Under the pieces are notes generated by a model. It did no database searches. It was not told the DNA's origin and saw only the letters and a program-made list of their open reading frames with translations. DNA of 64,000 nt, from positions 11,160,001 to 11,224,000 of the forward strand of contig NC_090415.1 in assembly GCF_036365525.1 (NCBI RefSeq), given 5' to 3'. How positions within the stretch are numbered: position 1 is the first letter of the stretch; the number at the start of each line of letters is the position of its first letter. The position numbers and the translations under genes were made by a program. This DNA is from Heterodontus francisci (Eukaryota). This document shows, piece by piece, positions 51,326 through 64,000 of the stretch.

Positions 51326-52149
51326 GTTAGGACATGAGTTGCTCATCACAGAATTCCCAGTCTCTGACCAGCCCTTGAAGCCATAGAAGTAATATGGCAG
51401 AAGAAAGAGTAAATCCTTTAGTCATTTCCCATAAAGCAACATGCACATAAGAATGGGCATGTGCAAACAAGATACTGACATGCCTTGGACACAAGCTGCA
51501 ATCACTAATCATAGGCTCATGGAGACAGAATAAAACCGCGATCACATACCAGTAACTGAGAGGTACATAGTAAAATTCACATTCACATATCAGGCACAGA
51601 AAGGCAAAGAAAAACACTTGCTGGCAAATCCAACACAGACAGACACAGAGTAAGAGCCACATTCACATTCCAGAGACTGACAGATCAAGAGTAAACACTC
51701 CAATTAATTACAAGTAACAAACAAGAACAGAATAGAATACATACTTGCATTTTAGTATCTGACAGGTACCCAGAATAAAATAAACATTCACGTATCAGAA
51801 ACTGACAAGTGAAGAGTAAAAGTCACAGTAATATGTCACAAACTGACAGATACAGGGTGATCTCACATTCACTTGCCAGATTATAAAAGGTAATGAAAAA
51901 AATCTTTCTTCCAGACCTGAAACTGACAGGCACAGAATAAAGGAGCGACTGACATTGCAGTAAGTGACCAGAATGAGGAAAATCCATATTCACATGTCAG
52001 AGACTGACAGCTGAAGAGTAAAATCTGAAATAACATCACACTCTGACAGATATGGATTGATGTCACAATCACTTGCCAGCAACTAGCAGGTACAGAGTAA
52101 AGATCTTTATTCCATACCAGAAACTGACAGGTACAAAGAGGGATGAGGT

Positions 52150-54903
52150 CATGCAACATGAACATCAAAAGCAAGGTAGCAGATTAAAGAAAAGTGGTCC
52201 ACAAAGGTTGTAATCACTGGATTACTCCCGCTGCCACGTGCAGGTGAGTATAGGAATAGGAGGATAGAGCAGATGAATGTGTGGCTGAAGAGATAGTGCA
52301 GGAGGGAGGGCTTTAATTTCCTGGATCACTGGGTCTGTTTCTGGCCAAGGTGGGAATTTACAAGTTGGACAGATTGCACCTGAACTGGATCGGGACCAAC
52401 AGCCTTGCTGGGAGGTTTGCACGTGCTTTTGGGGGAGGGGGGTGGGTGGTGGTTGTAAACTAATTTGGCAAGGGGGTGGGATACAGAGGGGACGTGCAGT
52501 AAGGGTTGATGCACAGTCAAATATAGAAGAGAAACTGAGTCAGTCTGGAAGGCAGAGAAAATGCAGACCTGTTAAGACAGAAGCTAACAATGCAAGGCTG
52601 GATTGCATCTATTTTAACACAAGGAATCTTACTAGTAAGGCAGATGAATTGAGGCCATTTATTAACACATGGAAATATGATATTATTGTTTTCACGGAGA
52701 CATGGTTGAAGGAAGGGCAGGACTGGCAGCTCAATATTCCAGGGTCTAGAAACTTCAGGCATGACAGGGGAGGGTATAAAATAGGAGGTGGCAGTGCACT
52801 GTTGATTAAGGAGTCAATTACTGTATAAGGAGGGATGATATCTTCGAACATTCCTCAAATGATCCATATGGGTAGAACATAAATACAAAAAGGGGGGCAA
52901 TCACTTGGCTGGTAGTGTACGACAGGCCTCCAAACAGTCAGGGAGAGATAGAGGAGCAGATATGTAGGCAAATCTCAGAGAGGTGTAAAAATAATAGGGT
53001 AATAATTGTAGGGGATTTCAACTTGCCCAATATCAACTGGGATCGTCTTCGTGCAAATGGCTTAAAGGATGCAGAATTCTTAAGGTGCATACAGGAGATC
53101 TTTTTGAGCCAGCAGGTAGAAAGTCCTACAAATGAAGGAGCCATGCTCGACCTAATCCTAGGGAGTGAAGCCGGACAAGTGGTAGGAGTGTTAGTGGGGG
53201 AGCATTTCGGGGATAGTGGCCATAACTCTGTAATATTTAAGGTAGTTATGGAAAAGGACAAAGAGGTACCAGAAATAAATGTACTCAATTTGGGGAAGAC
53301 CGATTTCAATATGATAAAACAGGATCTTGCCAAAGTGAACTGCGAGAAGCTACTTATAGGAAAGTCTACATCAGACTAGTGGGATTCATTCAAAAAGGAA
53401 ATAATGAGAGTTCAGGGCCAACATGTTCCCATAAAGGTGAAGCATAGGACCAACAAATCCAGGGAACCCTGGATGTCTAGGGATATAGAGGATTGGATAA
53501 GGACAAAAAAAGAGGATTCGGGCAGAAAACAGCGGAGGCCCTAGAGGATTATAGAAAATGTAAGGGGGAGGGCGGAGTGGGGGGAGGTGGTACTTAAAAA
53601 AATATATAAGAATAATAAGCAGAGCGAGGAGGTGACTTGCAAAAAAAGTCGTGTCTAACAAACTTGATTGAACTTTTTGAGGAGGTGACTCAATGTGTAG
53701 ATGAGGGTAAGGCAGTTGATGTTGTCTACATGGACTTCAGTAAGGCTTCAGATAAGGTCCCACATGGGAGATTGGTTAAGAAGTTAAGAGCCCATGGGAT
53801 CCAGGGCAATTTGGCAAATTGGATTCAGAATTGGCTTAGTGGCAGGAAGCAGAGGGTGATGGTCGAGCGTTGTTTTTGTGAGTTGAAGTTTGTGACCAGT
53901 GGTGTACCACAGCGATCGGTGCTGGGACCATTGCTGTTTGTAGTGTACATGAATGATTTAGACGTGAATGTGGTAGATATGATCAGTAAGTTCGCAGATG
54001 ACACGAAAATTGGTGTCATAAATAGTGAGGAGGTAAGCCTTAGATTACAGGATGATATAGATGGGCTGGTAAGATGTGTGGAGCAGTGGCAAATGGAATT
54101 TAATCCAGAGAAGTGCGAAAATGTGAGGTGATGCATTTTGGGAGGCCTAACAAGGCAAGAGAATATACAATGAATGGCAGATCCTAAGATGTACAGAGGG
54201 TCTGAGGGACATTGGTGTACTTGTCCATAGATCACTGAAGGCAGAAGCACGGGTAGATAAGGCGGTTAGGAAGGCATATGGGATACTTGTCTTTGTTAGC
54301 CGAGGCATAGAATAAAGGAGCAGGGAGGTTAAGAGGGAGCTGAATGAAATGCTAGTTAGGCCACAGCTGGAGTACTGTGTACAGTTCTGGTCAACTCACC
54401 AAAGGAAGGACGTGATTGCAATGCAGAAGGTGCAGAGGAGATTTACCAGGATGTTACCTGGGCTGTGGCATTTCAGTTATGAAGAGAGACTGGATTGGCT
54501 AGGGTTGTTTTCCTTGGAGCAGAGAAGGCTGAGAGGGGAACTGATTGAGGTATACAAAATTACACGGGACATTGATAGTACAGATAGGAAGAAAACGTTC
54601 CCTCAGTGGAGGGATCAACAACCAGGGGAGATAGATTTAAGTAATGGGCAGCAGGTTTAGAGGGGACTTGAGGAGAAAATACTTCACGCAGAGTGTGGTT
54701 GGAATCTGGAACACACTACCTGAAGGGCTGGTAGAGGCAGGACCCCTCATAGCATTTGAGAAGGATTTCGATGAACACGTGAAACGTCATAGCATACAAG
54801 ACTATGGGCCAAGTGCTGGAAAATGTGATTCGAATAGATTCATGCTTGATGGGAGGCAAAGACACAGTGGGCCAAAGGGCCTGTTTCTGTGCTGCATAAC
54901 TCT
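52150..54903 (+). mobile_element. Degenerate CR1 LINE including the ORF1 esterase-like end
   Basis: 52200-52420 translates as KVVITGLLP..RNRRIEQMNVWL..GFNFLDHW..LHLN (SGNH-esterase-like CR1 ORF1), then APE and RT ORF pieces. Confidence 0.9.
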
Positions 54904-55860
54904 ATGACAAATGTAAAGGAAAGCCAACATTCACATAGCAGAAATTCACAGATCCAAAGCAAATCCACCATACAGTTCAGCAGAAAGTGAGAGGACAGAA
55001 AAAACACACACTCACATACCAGAAATTGGCATACAGAATAAAATTCACACGCCCGTATCAGAAACTAACTTGTACAGATGTAAATCCACAATCATACAGC
55101 AGAGAATGAGATGTATGACTAAACCCAGCTTCTGACACTTGAGGCTACCGTACACAGAGTGAAAACAATGCTCATGTCTCATACCAGAAACGGCCAGATG
55201 TAGGTCACAACCCACACTCACATATCAGAACGGGCAAGTACCTTGTAAAATATCTCTTAATGAACCACTGACAGGGAGACAATACAGTCCACATTCGTTC
55301 ATCAGAAACTTACAGATACAGATAATAAACAGTACTTACATACAACAGATTGAAAGAAACAGGTTAAAACCCATCCTTATATGTAGACATCTGATGGGTA
55401 CAGAACACAGGTGAGGCCTCCAAACCAGAGACTGACATGTAGAGTGAAAACAACGCTGGCATGTCATCAATTAACATGTGCAGTGTAAAGCTACACAAAA
55501 ATGCCTCTTACTAACAGGTACAGAGACAAAATCAAACAACCTTTCATACCAGAAACTGACAGGTGCAGATTAAAATCCAAATTCACAATTCAGAAATTAA
55601 CAGATAAAGAGAAATGCCCAGACTCCAAAATCAGATATTAACAGATGCATAACAAAACCCACGCTCACAGAACAAAACCCATCATCACCCATTTAGAAAC
55701 TGAATGTTACGGAGAAAAATAAAACAGAATCACCTATTGAAGATTGAAATTATTGAATGAAATGACCAAATCATTGACCATAGATTGACAGATACGGAGT
55801 AAAAGCCACGGGTAAATATCACATACTGATGGGCACAGAATGAATCCCACACTCACGTGT
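54904..55860 (+). repeat. Decayed ~40-41 bp tandem array (copy of 2473-3430)
   Basis: Near-identical to copy 1. Confidence 0.65.
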
Positions 55861-56156
55861 CCGGCAGGGAAGGACAAATATTTCGCGACCCAGAATGTCT
55901 ATGCATTTCCTCCTGCCATATTCCACATATGTGACCAAATAGATGCTTTTGTTAACACCTCAAAAACATCATCCCTGCCAGTGTTATCATATTATATTTG
56001 ATCAATTATTTCAACTCCACAACCCTCCATATTTTTTCAGACCTGACTTTCCTGAATATTTGTCGCCAGTAATAATAAGTTGCCTTGCCTCGCCTAGTTT
56101 CAGCCAGAATTATGTAATGGTCACGATATAAATCTTTCATAATGAAAACAAGAAAT

Positions 56157-58789
56157 TAGAATTAGAATTAGAATTAGAACATTACAGCGCAGTACAGGCC
56201 CTTCGGCCCTCGATGTTGCGCTGACCATCTGACCTACACTATTCCATTTTCATCCATATGTCTATCCAATGACCACTTAAATGCCCTTAAAGTTGGCGAG
56301 TCTACTACTGTTGCAGGCAGGGCGTTCCACGCCCCTACTACTCTCTGCGTAAAGAAACTACCTCTGACATCTGTCCTATATCTTACACCCCTCAACTTAA
56401 AGCTACGTCCCCTCGTGTTTGCCATCATCATCCGAGGAAAAAGACTCTCACTATCCACCCTATCTAACCCTCTGATTATCTTGTATGTCTCTATTAAGTC
56501 ATCTCTCCTCCTCCTTCTCTCCAACGAAAATAACCTCAAGTCCCTCAGCCTTTCCTCGTAAGACCTTCCCTCCATACCAGGCAACATCCTAGTAAATCTC
56601 CTCTGCACCCTTTCCAAAGCTTCCACATCCTTCCTGTAATGCGGTGACCAGAACTGCACGCAATACTCAAGGTGCGGCCTCACCAGAGTTTTGTACAGCT
56701 GCATCATGACCTCGTGGCTCCGAAACTCGATCCCCCTACTAATAAAAGCTAACACACCATATGCCTTCTTAACAGCCCTATTAACCTGGGTAGCAACTTT
56801 CAGGGATTTATGTACCTGGACACCAAGATCTCTCTGCTCATCTACACTACCAAGAATCTTCCCATTAGCCCAGCACTCTGCATTGCTGTTACTCCTTCCA
56901 AAGTGAATCACCTCACACTTCTCCGCATTAAACTCCATTTGCCATCTCTCAGCCCAGCTCTGCAGCCTATCTATGTCCCTCTGTACCCTACAACACCCTT
57001 CGACACTATCCACAACTCCACCGACCGTCGTGTCATCCGCAAATTTACTAACCCACCCTTCTACACCCTCATCCAGGTCATTTATAAAAATGACAAACAG
57101 CAGTGGCCCCAAAATAGAACCTTGCGGTACACCACTAGTAACTAAACTCCAGGATGAACATTTGCCATCAACCACCGTCTTCTTTCAGCTCGCCAATTTC
57201 TGATCCAAAGCTCTAAATCACCTTCAACCCCATACTTCCGTATTTTCTGCAATAGCCTACCGTGGGGAACCTTATCAAACGCCTTACTGAAATCCATATA
57301 CACCACATCCACGGCTTTACCCTCATCCACCTGTTAGGTCACCTTCTCGAAAAACTCAATAAGGTTTGTGAGGCACGACCTACCTTTCACAAAACCGTGC
57401 TGACTGTTGCAAATGAACTTATTCTTTTCAAGATGATTATAAATCCTATCTCTTATAACCTTTTCCAACATTTTACCCACAACCGAAGTAAGGCTCACAG
57501 GTCTATAATTACCAGGGCTGTCTCTACTCCCCTTCTTGAACAAGGGGACAACATTTGCTATCCTCCAGTCCTCCGGCACTACTCCTGTCGACAATGACGA
57601 CATAAACATCAACAACAATGGCTCTGCAATCTCCTCCCTGGCTTCCCAGAGAATCCTCGGATAAATCCCATCTGGCCCAGGGGACTTATCTATTTTCACT
57701 CTTTCCAAAATTGCTAACACCTCCTCCTTGTGAATCTCAATCCCATCTAGCCTAGTAGGCTGTATCTCAGTAATCTCCTCGGCAACATTTTCTTTCTCTA
57801 CTGTAAATACTGACGAAAATTATTCATTTAACGCTTCCCCTATCTCCTCTGATTCCGCACACAACTTCCCACTACTATCCTTGATTGGCCCTGTTCTAAC
57901 TCTTATCATTCTTTTATTCCTGATATACCTTTAGAAAGCCTTAGGGTTTTCCCTGATCCTATCCACCAATGACTTCTCGTGTCCTCTCCTTGCTCTTCTT
58001 AGCCCTCCCTTTAGATCCTTCCTGACTAGTTTGTAACTCTCAAGCGCCCTAACTGAGCCTTCACGTCTCATCCTAACATAAGCCGCCCTCTTCCTCTTGA
58101 CAAGCCCTTCAACTTCTTGAGTAAACCACGGCTCCCTCGCTCGACAACTTCCTCCCTGCCTGACAGGTACATACTTATCAAGGACACGCATTAGCTGCTC
58201 CTTGAATAAGCTCCACATTTCGTTTGTGCCCATCCCCTGCAGTTTCCTTCCCCATCCTACACATCCTAAATCTTGCCTAATTGCGTCATAATTTCCTTTC
58301 CCCCAGCTATAATTCTTGCCCTGCGGTATATACATGTCCCTGCCCATCGCTAAGGTAAACCTAACCGAATTGTAATCACTATCGCCAAAGTGCTCACCGA
58401 CATCTAAATCGAACACCTGGCCAGGTTCATTACCCAGTACCAAATCCAATGTGGCATCGCCCCTGGTTGGCCTGTCCACATACTGTGTCAGAAAACCCTC
58501 CTGCACACACTGGACAAAAACAGACCCATCTAAAGTACTCGAACTATAGTATTTCCAGTCAATATTTGGAAAGTTAAAGTCCCCCATAACCACTACCCTG
58601 TTAGTCTCGCTCCTGTCGAGAATCATCTTCGCTATCCTTTCCTCTAGATCTCTGGAACTATTCGGAGTTCTATAGAAAACTCCCAACAGGGTGACCTTTC
58701 CTCTCCTGTTTCTAACCTCGGCCCATACTACCTCAGTAGACGAGTCCTCAAACGTCCTTTCTGCCGCTGTAATACTTTCCTTGATTAAC
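56157..58789 (-). mobile_element. Comparatively young CR1-clade LINE (most of ORF2), specific to duplication copy 2
   Basis: ORFs 57931-58791, 57334-57720, 57142-57330 and 56234-57175; (TTCTAA)n tail; absent at 3720-3725. Confidence 0.93.
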
Positions 58790-59863
58790 AATGCTGGATA
58801 TACTCAGCTGGTTTGGCAGCATCTGTGGAGAGAGAAGCAGAGTTAACATTTCTGGTCAGTGACCCTTCTTCAGAACTGGTAAATATTAGAAATGTGAAAG
58901 GTTTTAAGCAAGTAAAGCGGGGGTGGGGCAAGAGATAACATGGGAGAAGGTGTAGAAAGGAAAATGTCACAGAATAGCTGACCAGAAGGTCATGGAGCAA
59001 AGGCAAACATTATGTTAATGGTGTGTTGAAAGACAAAGCATTCGTACAGATCGGGTGTTAATGGATGAAAATTGAACAGCCGCAAGTACAAATATGAAAA
59101 AAAGTGGGTAAGCAAACTGAACCAACTGAGGTGATATAAAATAAAATAAATATAAAAATAAAGATAAAAAGGAAAGAATAACTAAAAATAAAAGTAAATT
59201 GGGGGGCCCGTCATGCTCTGAAATTATTGAACTCAATGCTCAGTCTGGCAGGTTGTATTGTGCCTAATCGGTAAATGAGATGCTGTTCCTCGAGCTTACC
59301 TTGATGTTCACTGTAACACTGCAGCAATCCCAGGACAGAGATGTAAGCAGGGGGGAGTGTTGAAATGACAAGCAACCGGAAGCTCGGGGTCATGCTTTCG
59401 GACTGAGCGGAGGTGTTACGCAAAGCGGTCACCCAGTATATGTTTGGTCTCCCCAATGTAGAGGAGACCACATTGTGAGCAGCGAATACAGTATACCATA
59501 TTGAAAGAAGTACAAGTAAATCGCTGCTTCACTCGAAAGGAGTGTTTGGGGCCTGGGATTGTGAGTAGAGAGGAGTAAAATGGGCAGGTATTATATCTCC
59601 TGTGATTGCAGGGGAAGGTGCCATGTGAAGGGGACAAGGTGGTGGGGGTAATGGAGGAGTGGACCAGGGTGTCGCGGAGGGAATGATCCCTTCGGAATGC
59701 TGACAGGGGAAGGGAGGGGAAGATGTATTTGGTCGTGGCATCACGCTGGAGGTGGCAGAAATGGCGGAGGATGATTCTTTGGATGTGGAGGCTGATGGGG
59801 TGGAAAGTGAGGACAAGGGTATCCTCGGTTGAGGAAAAAGGAAGACATATCAGAAGCGCTGTC
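58790..59863 (-). mobile_element. Penelope-like element (copy of 3710-4796; its terminal bases lie at 56141-56156)
   Basis: GIY-YIG ORF 59416-59865; TSD at 56126-56140 and 59864-59878; hammerhead-like core at 58841-58877. Confidence 0.88.
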
Positions 59864-59967
59864 ATATAAATCTTTCATGTGGTTACTTGTGACTGCAGCT
59901 GACCAATCTTATTTGGCACGCTACATGGAGATAAGGACTTGCACTTCAATGCTCGCATTTGCCCCAC

Positions 59968-60929
59968 TCAAAGAACAAAGAAAATTACAGCACAGGAACA
60001 GGCCCTTCGGCCCTCCAAGCCTGTGCCGATCCAGACCCTCTATCTAAACATGTTGCCTATTTTCTTAGGGTCTGTATCTCTTTGCTTCCTGCCCATTCAT
60101 GTATCTGTCTAGATACATCTTAAAAGACGCTATCGTGCCCGCGTCTACCACCTCCGCTGGCAACACGTTCCAGGCACCCACCACCCTCTGTGTAAAGAAC
60201 TTTCCACGCATATCCCCCCTAAACTTTTCCCCTATCACTTTGAACTCGTGACCCCTAGTAATTGAATCCCCCGCTCTGGGGAAAAAGCTTCTTGCTATCC
60301 ACCCTGTCTATTCCTCTCATGATTTTGTACACCTCAATCAGGTCCCCCCTCAACCTCCGTCTTTCTAATGAAAATAATCCTAATCTGCTCAACCTCTCTT
60401 CATAGCTAGCACCCTCCATCCCAGGCAACATCCTGGTGAACCTCCTCTGCACCCTCTCCAAAGCATCCACATCCTTTTGGTAATGTGGCGACCAGAACTG
60501 CACGCAGTATTCCAAATGTGGCCGAACCAAAGTCTAATACAACTGTAACATGACCTGCCAACCCTTGTACTCAATACCCCGTCCAATGAAGGAAAGCATG
60601 CCGTATGCCTTCTTGACCACTCTATTGACCTGCTTTGCCACCTTCAGGGAACAATGGACCTGAACACCCAAGTCTCTCTGTACATCAATTTTCCCCAGGA
60701 CTTTTCCATTTACTGTATAATTCACTCTTGAATTGGATCTTCCAAAATGCATCACCTCGCATTTGCCCTGATTGAACTCCATCTGCCATTTTTCTGCCCA
60801 ACTCTCCAATCTATTTATATTCTGCTGTATTCTCTGACAGACCCCTTCACTATCTGCTACTCCACCAATCTTAGTGTCGTCTGCAAACTTGCTAATCAGA
60901 CCACCTATACTTTCCTCCAAATCATTTAT
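59968..60929 (-). mobile_element. 5'-truncated CR1 (copy of 4901-5862)
   Basis: ORFs 60534-60944 and 60255-60530. Confidence 0.9.
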
Positions 60930-61364
60930 GTATCTGACACCCACTATACTGGACGATTCGGTCCTGTTGATGGACGGAAGTGCAGAGGGGCGCTACATCC
61001 TGATTAGGAAGCGAACTATAGAGAGTGAAAAAAGAGACGAGTTCGTACTAGCAAAATAGAAATGGTTGATGAGGAAGAGGGACTCAGAAAGTCACTGATG
61101 TAGATGTATAAGGGCGGGCAAAGGGGTTTGGACGATCTGACTGCTGCGACAGTTTGTGTCTGTGAGAAGCACAAAATGTGATTGGTTACTTTAGACACCC
61201 AATCAGATAGATATAGAACATCAGGCAGTGACATCATTGTAAACCAGCCAATCATGAACATGGCCTTCTCCCATTCCTCATTAGCATAGGGTTCTGGGGA
61301 TGTCTATAAAATGCGAGCTTGGAGCAAAATTTCGGTTATTCTGTGTCTGAAGTTGATCGTGATC

Positions 61365-61745
61365 ATGGTTGACGAGAAGAAAACTGCAGCAGGTTCCAAG
61401 AAGGGCGCCAAGAAAGTTCTGAAGAAGGCGCCAACAAAGGACAGCAAGAAACGGAGAAAATCCAGGAAAGAAAGTTACTCCATCTACGTGTACAAAGTGA
61501 TGAAGCAGGTTCACCCTGACACCGGCATCTCCTCCAAGGCCATGAGCATCATGAATTCGTTTGTGAATGATATTTTCGAGCGAATCGCGGGTGAGGCTTC
61601 CCGCCTGGCCCATTACAACAAACGCAGCACCATCAGCTCCCGGGAGATCCAGACCGCCGTGCGCTTGCTGCTGCCCGGGGAGCTGGCCAAACACGCCGTG
61701 TCGGAAGGTACAAAGGCGGTCACCAAGTACACCAGCTCCAAGTAA
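61365..61745 (+). CDS. H2B: Histone H2B (126 aa)
   Basis: Full H2B; TATAAAA at 61305; stem-loop at 61785-61800. Confidence 0.97.
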   Translation: MVDEKKTAAGSKKGAKKVLKKAPTKDSKKRRKSRKESYSIYVYKVMKQVHPDTGISSKAMSIMNSFVNDIFERIAGEASRLAHYNKRSTISSREIQTAVRLLLPGELAKHAVSEGTKAVTKYTSSK

Positions 61746-62742
61746 ATATCCGCAATGTACTGAAACACACCCAAAAGACAAAAAGGCTCTTTTAAGAGCC
61801 ACCCACAACTTCTCTGAAAAAGCTACAACATTGTGTGTATAGTATCGACTTATATTGATTTATATATCAAGTGTCCTTGCCTTTGTGATCTCTGTTTTAC
61901 TCCCATAGATTCTGGTTAATGCAGTTTCACTGCCCGTGCGATCTTTCTGTCTCTATTTAATAATGTCCCGTACACAAATTACTGGCCACTGACCATTTGT
62001 GAGGTTTGTTCTCGGACGTGTTTATATTCGGCCCCTTTTCTGTATTTCCACAATAAAAGCTGATTTAACGCACATACATCAGTTCGCAGTCACTAATTTC
62101 CCGAGTTCAAGTTTGACCTCAAAAATTAATAAGTACATTATCTCGAACCCCTGGTGGTGTCGGAACCCTCCGTCTCACACGCTGACAACTGACACTGAAA
62201 ATCTACACTCCGCTGTTGTCTCCCACGAATAACAAACAATCGTTCATCAGTAATGCGGTATTATTATGAAAATTGACATGAAATGTGCCCGGTTGGAGAA
62301 TGTTGTGAAAGAGACTTTCTGCTCGCTGGTTTCAAAAAGGACAGAGAGTAAACCCGAATAGATGTCAGAATGTAAAAGCCAATCTGGAACTTGTTACCAA
62401 ATGTAGAATAACACAATGTGAAAAAGGTTTTATTTATTTAACCGTAAAAAAAGAACTATAAATATGATATTCTATATTGAAGTCGCCCCAATATATTGGC
62501 GGGCTTTTCAAATTTGAAAAATCGGTTTCAGTCTGACAATTTGGCGCCGTTATTTTCCGCCCTCATCTCCTTGGCGTCTCCTGATTGGTGAATTCAGCAG
62601 CTCTCCGATTGGTTACATGAAGAGCACAGAGCAGAGTGACCAATCAGCAGTGCCCACCACTCCATTCCTCCAGAAGGTACAAGGAGGAGGAATGTGGGCG
62701 GATCTCAACATTCTTCGTGAAAGTGCTTGTGAGATTGTGGAA

Positions 62743-63132
62743 ATGTCTGGAAGAGGGAAGACCAGTGGTAAAGCTCGGTCCAAGGCCAAGTCCCGCTCCT
62801 CCCGAGCTGGACTGCAGTTCCCGGTGGGCCGTGTTCACAGGTTCCTTAAAAAGGGCAACTATGCTGAGCGGGTGGGTGCCGGAGCCCCGGTCTATCTGGC
62901 TGCTGTGCTCGAGTATCTGACAGCTGAAATCCTCGAGCTGGCCGGCAACGCGGCCCGGGACAACAAGAAGAGCCGTATCATCCCCAGACACCTGCAGCTG
63001 GCCGTCCGTAACGACGAGGAGCTCAACAGGCTGCTGGGAGGGGTGACCATCGCACAAGGCGGGGTGCTGCCTAATATCCAGGCCGTATTGCTGCCCAAGA
63101 AAACCAGCGCTCCGAGCACGAAGGGCAAGTGA
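62743..63132 (+). CDS. H2A: Histone H2A, divergent type (129 aa)
   Basis: Full H2A; intact stem-loop at 63163-63178. Confidence 0.97.
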   Translation: MSGRGKTSGKARSKAKSRSSRAGLQFPVGRVHRFLKKGNYAERVGAGAPVYLAAVLEYLTAEILELAGNAARDNKKSRIIPRHLQLAVRNDEELNRLLGGVTIAQGGVLPNIQAVLLPKKTSAPSTKGK

Positions 63133-63544
63133 AGCTGCCAGACCTGAATTTGTCAACCCAAAGGCTCTTTTCAGAGCCACCCACTTCATCTGTGAAAGGG
63201 CTGGTTACTGTCTGAGAGACGGTAATGTTATACTGTTCGCGTTATTTTGTGTTGGTATGAATTGTACTGGAGTCAAGCATTTATCTGCTCATCAGATGGA
63301 ATGCATTTTAATTTTCTCTTGCCATATTTGTAAGTCTTTTTTTTTACAATTCTACCGTTTATATACCACTAAGGCGTGTCTTGAGTTCTAAAATGAGCTA
63401 CTCTGATAAAATGTCTTGTATACAATGGTGTCGTTGCTCTCACACTGAGAACTGCAAGGTCCTGAAATTCCCAGCTACAATATGGAGACAAAGGAATCTG
63501 GGTCACTCTGCTTCAAGAGTTATCAGTGGACAGTAAAGAGGGTG

Positions 63545-63678
63545 GTCAAATCCTTCTGAGACGTTTATGTGCTGGAATCAACAAGAGATAACAGCTCTAT
63601 CTTTTGCCAATTTGATGTCTCTTTGAAGAGCCGTTGTGTTATCTGATGCCAAACTCACTTCCGGGCAGGGTCAGTTTT
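63545..63678 (-). pseudogene. Relic of the H3 3' end; CDS absent
   Basis: Copy of 8475-8605; decayed stem-loop at 63617-63632. Confidence 0.83.
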
Positions 63679-64000
63679 TTTTTCAGGGCAGTTGTTTCAA
63701 AGAAGCTGTCGGCTGATTTTAAAAGAGATGTTGCGTTTCGTGTTTTATTTCTGTACATTGTGGAGATTTACAAGGAACTGGGATAATTCGTCAGTGTTTT
63801 TGTCCCTGCCAAGGCGGCGTGCTTGGAGAACTCCCCGGGCAGCAGCAGACCCATTGCGGTCGATATGTGTGTACACAAATCACAAGATCCAAATGATTGT
63901 AGACTGATGCCATCTCCTGGCTAAAAGTGAGTCATGCAAGAATATTCCCATTCCTTCAGAAATATCTGAAATTGGAGAGGAATAACATCGAGTGTGTTGG

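Larger units (their letters stand above)
49090..52145 (+). repeat. Decayed ~40-41 bp tandem array, interrupted by TE pieces at about 49975-50212 and 50640-51400
   Basis: ACTGAC-like cores at 51801, 51842, 51922, 51963, 52003, 52042, 52082, 52123. Confidence 0.72.
52425..64000. repeat. Segmental duplication, copy 2 (paralogous to 1-8927)
   Basis: Colinear near-identity apart from the 56157-58789 insertion. Confidence 0.95.

Noticed and set aside
51780-52145. Regularly spaced repeats as a CRISPR-like array
   Set aside because: Eukaryotic context; units are contiguous and degenerate with no constant repeat plus unique spacer, and no cas genes
56234-58791. Active autonomous CR1
   Set aside because: 5'-truncated within the endonuclease domain and interrupted by stops and a frameshift

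Overview
This is vertebrate, repeat-rich DNA, almost certainly from a cartilaginous fish: it carries HE1-type tRNA/V-domain SINEs with partner CR1/HER1-like LINEs and shark-type histone N-tails. The window is part of a replication-dependent histone gene array. One complete quintet (H2B+, H2A+, H3-, H4-, H1-; 27.8-33.0 kb) is flanked by two reduced units that keep only H2B+H2A (6.3-8.1 kb and 61.4-63.1 kb). In the reduced units H3 survives only as a decayed 3' UTR/stem-loop that ends at the stop codon. Positions 1-8.9 kb and 52.4-64 kb are a recent segmental duplication, and 13.3-27 kb versus 42.5-56 kb is an older paralogy. The spacers hold nested CR1, L2/CR1-group, RTE and Penelope-like (GIY-YIG) retroelements and HE1 SINEs. 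Three less obvious structures stand out. (1) Many Penelope-type minimal hammerhead ribozyme cores are present, including tiny target-site-duplication (TSD)-flanked elements that all start at the CUGA core, plus head-to-head palindromic pairs. (2) Multi-kb decayed ~40-41 bp tandem arrays lie upstream of every H2B gene. (3) A duplicated NRF1-type CpG promoter with conserved splice sites has no visible coding gene. All calls are by eye; no searches were run, and repeat boundaries are approximate.
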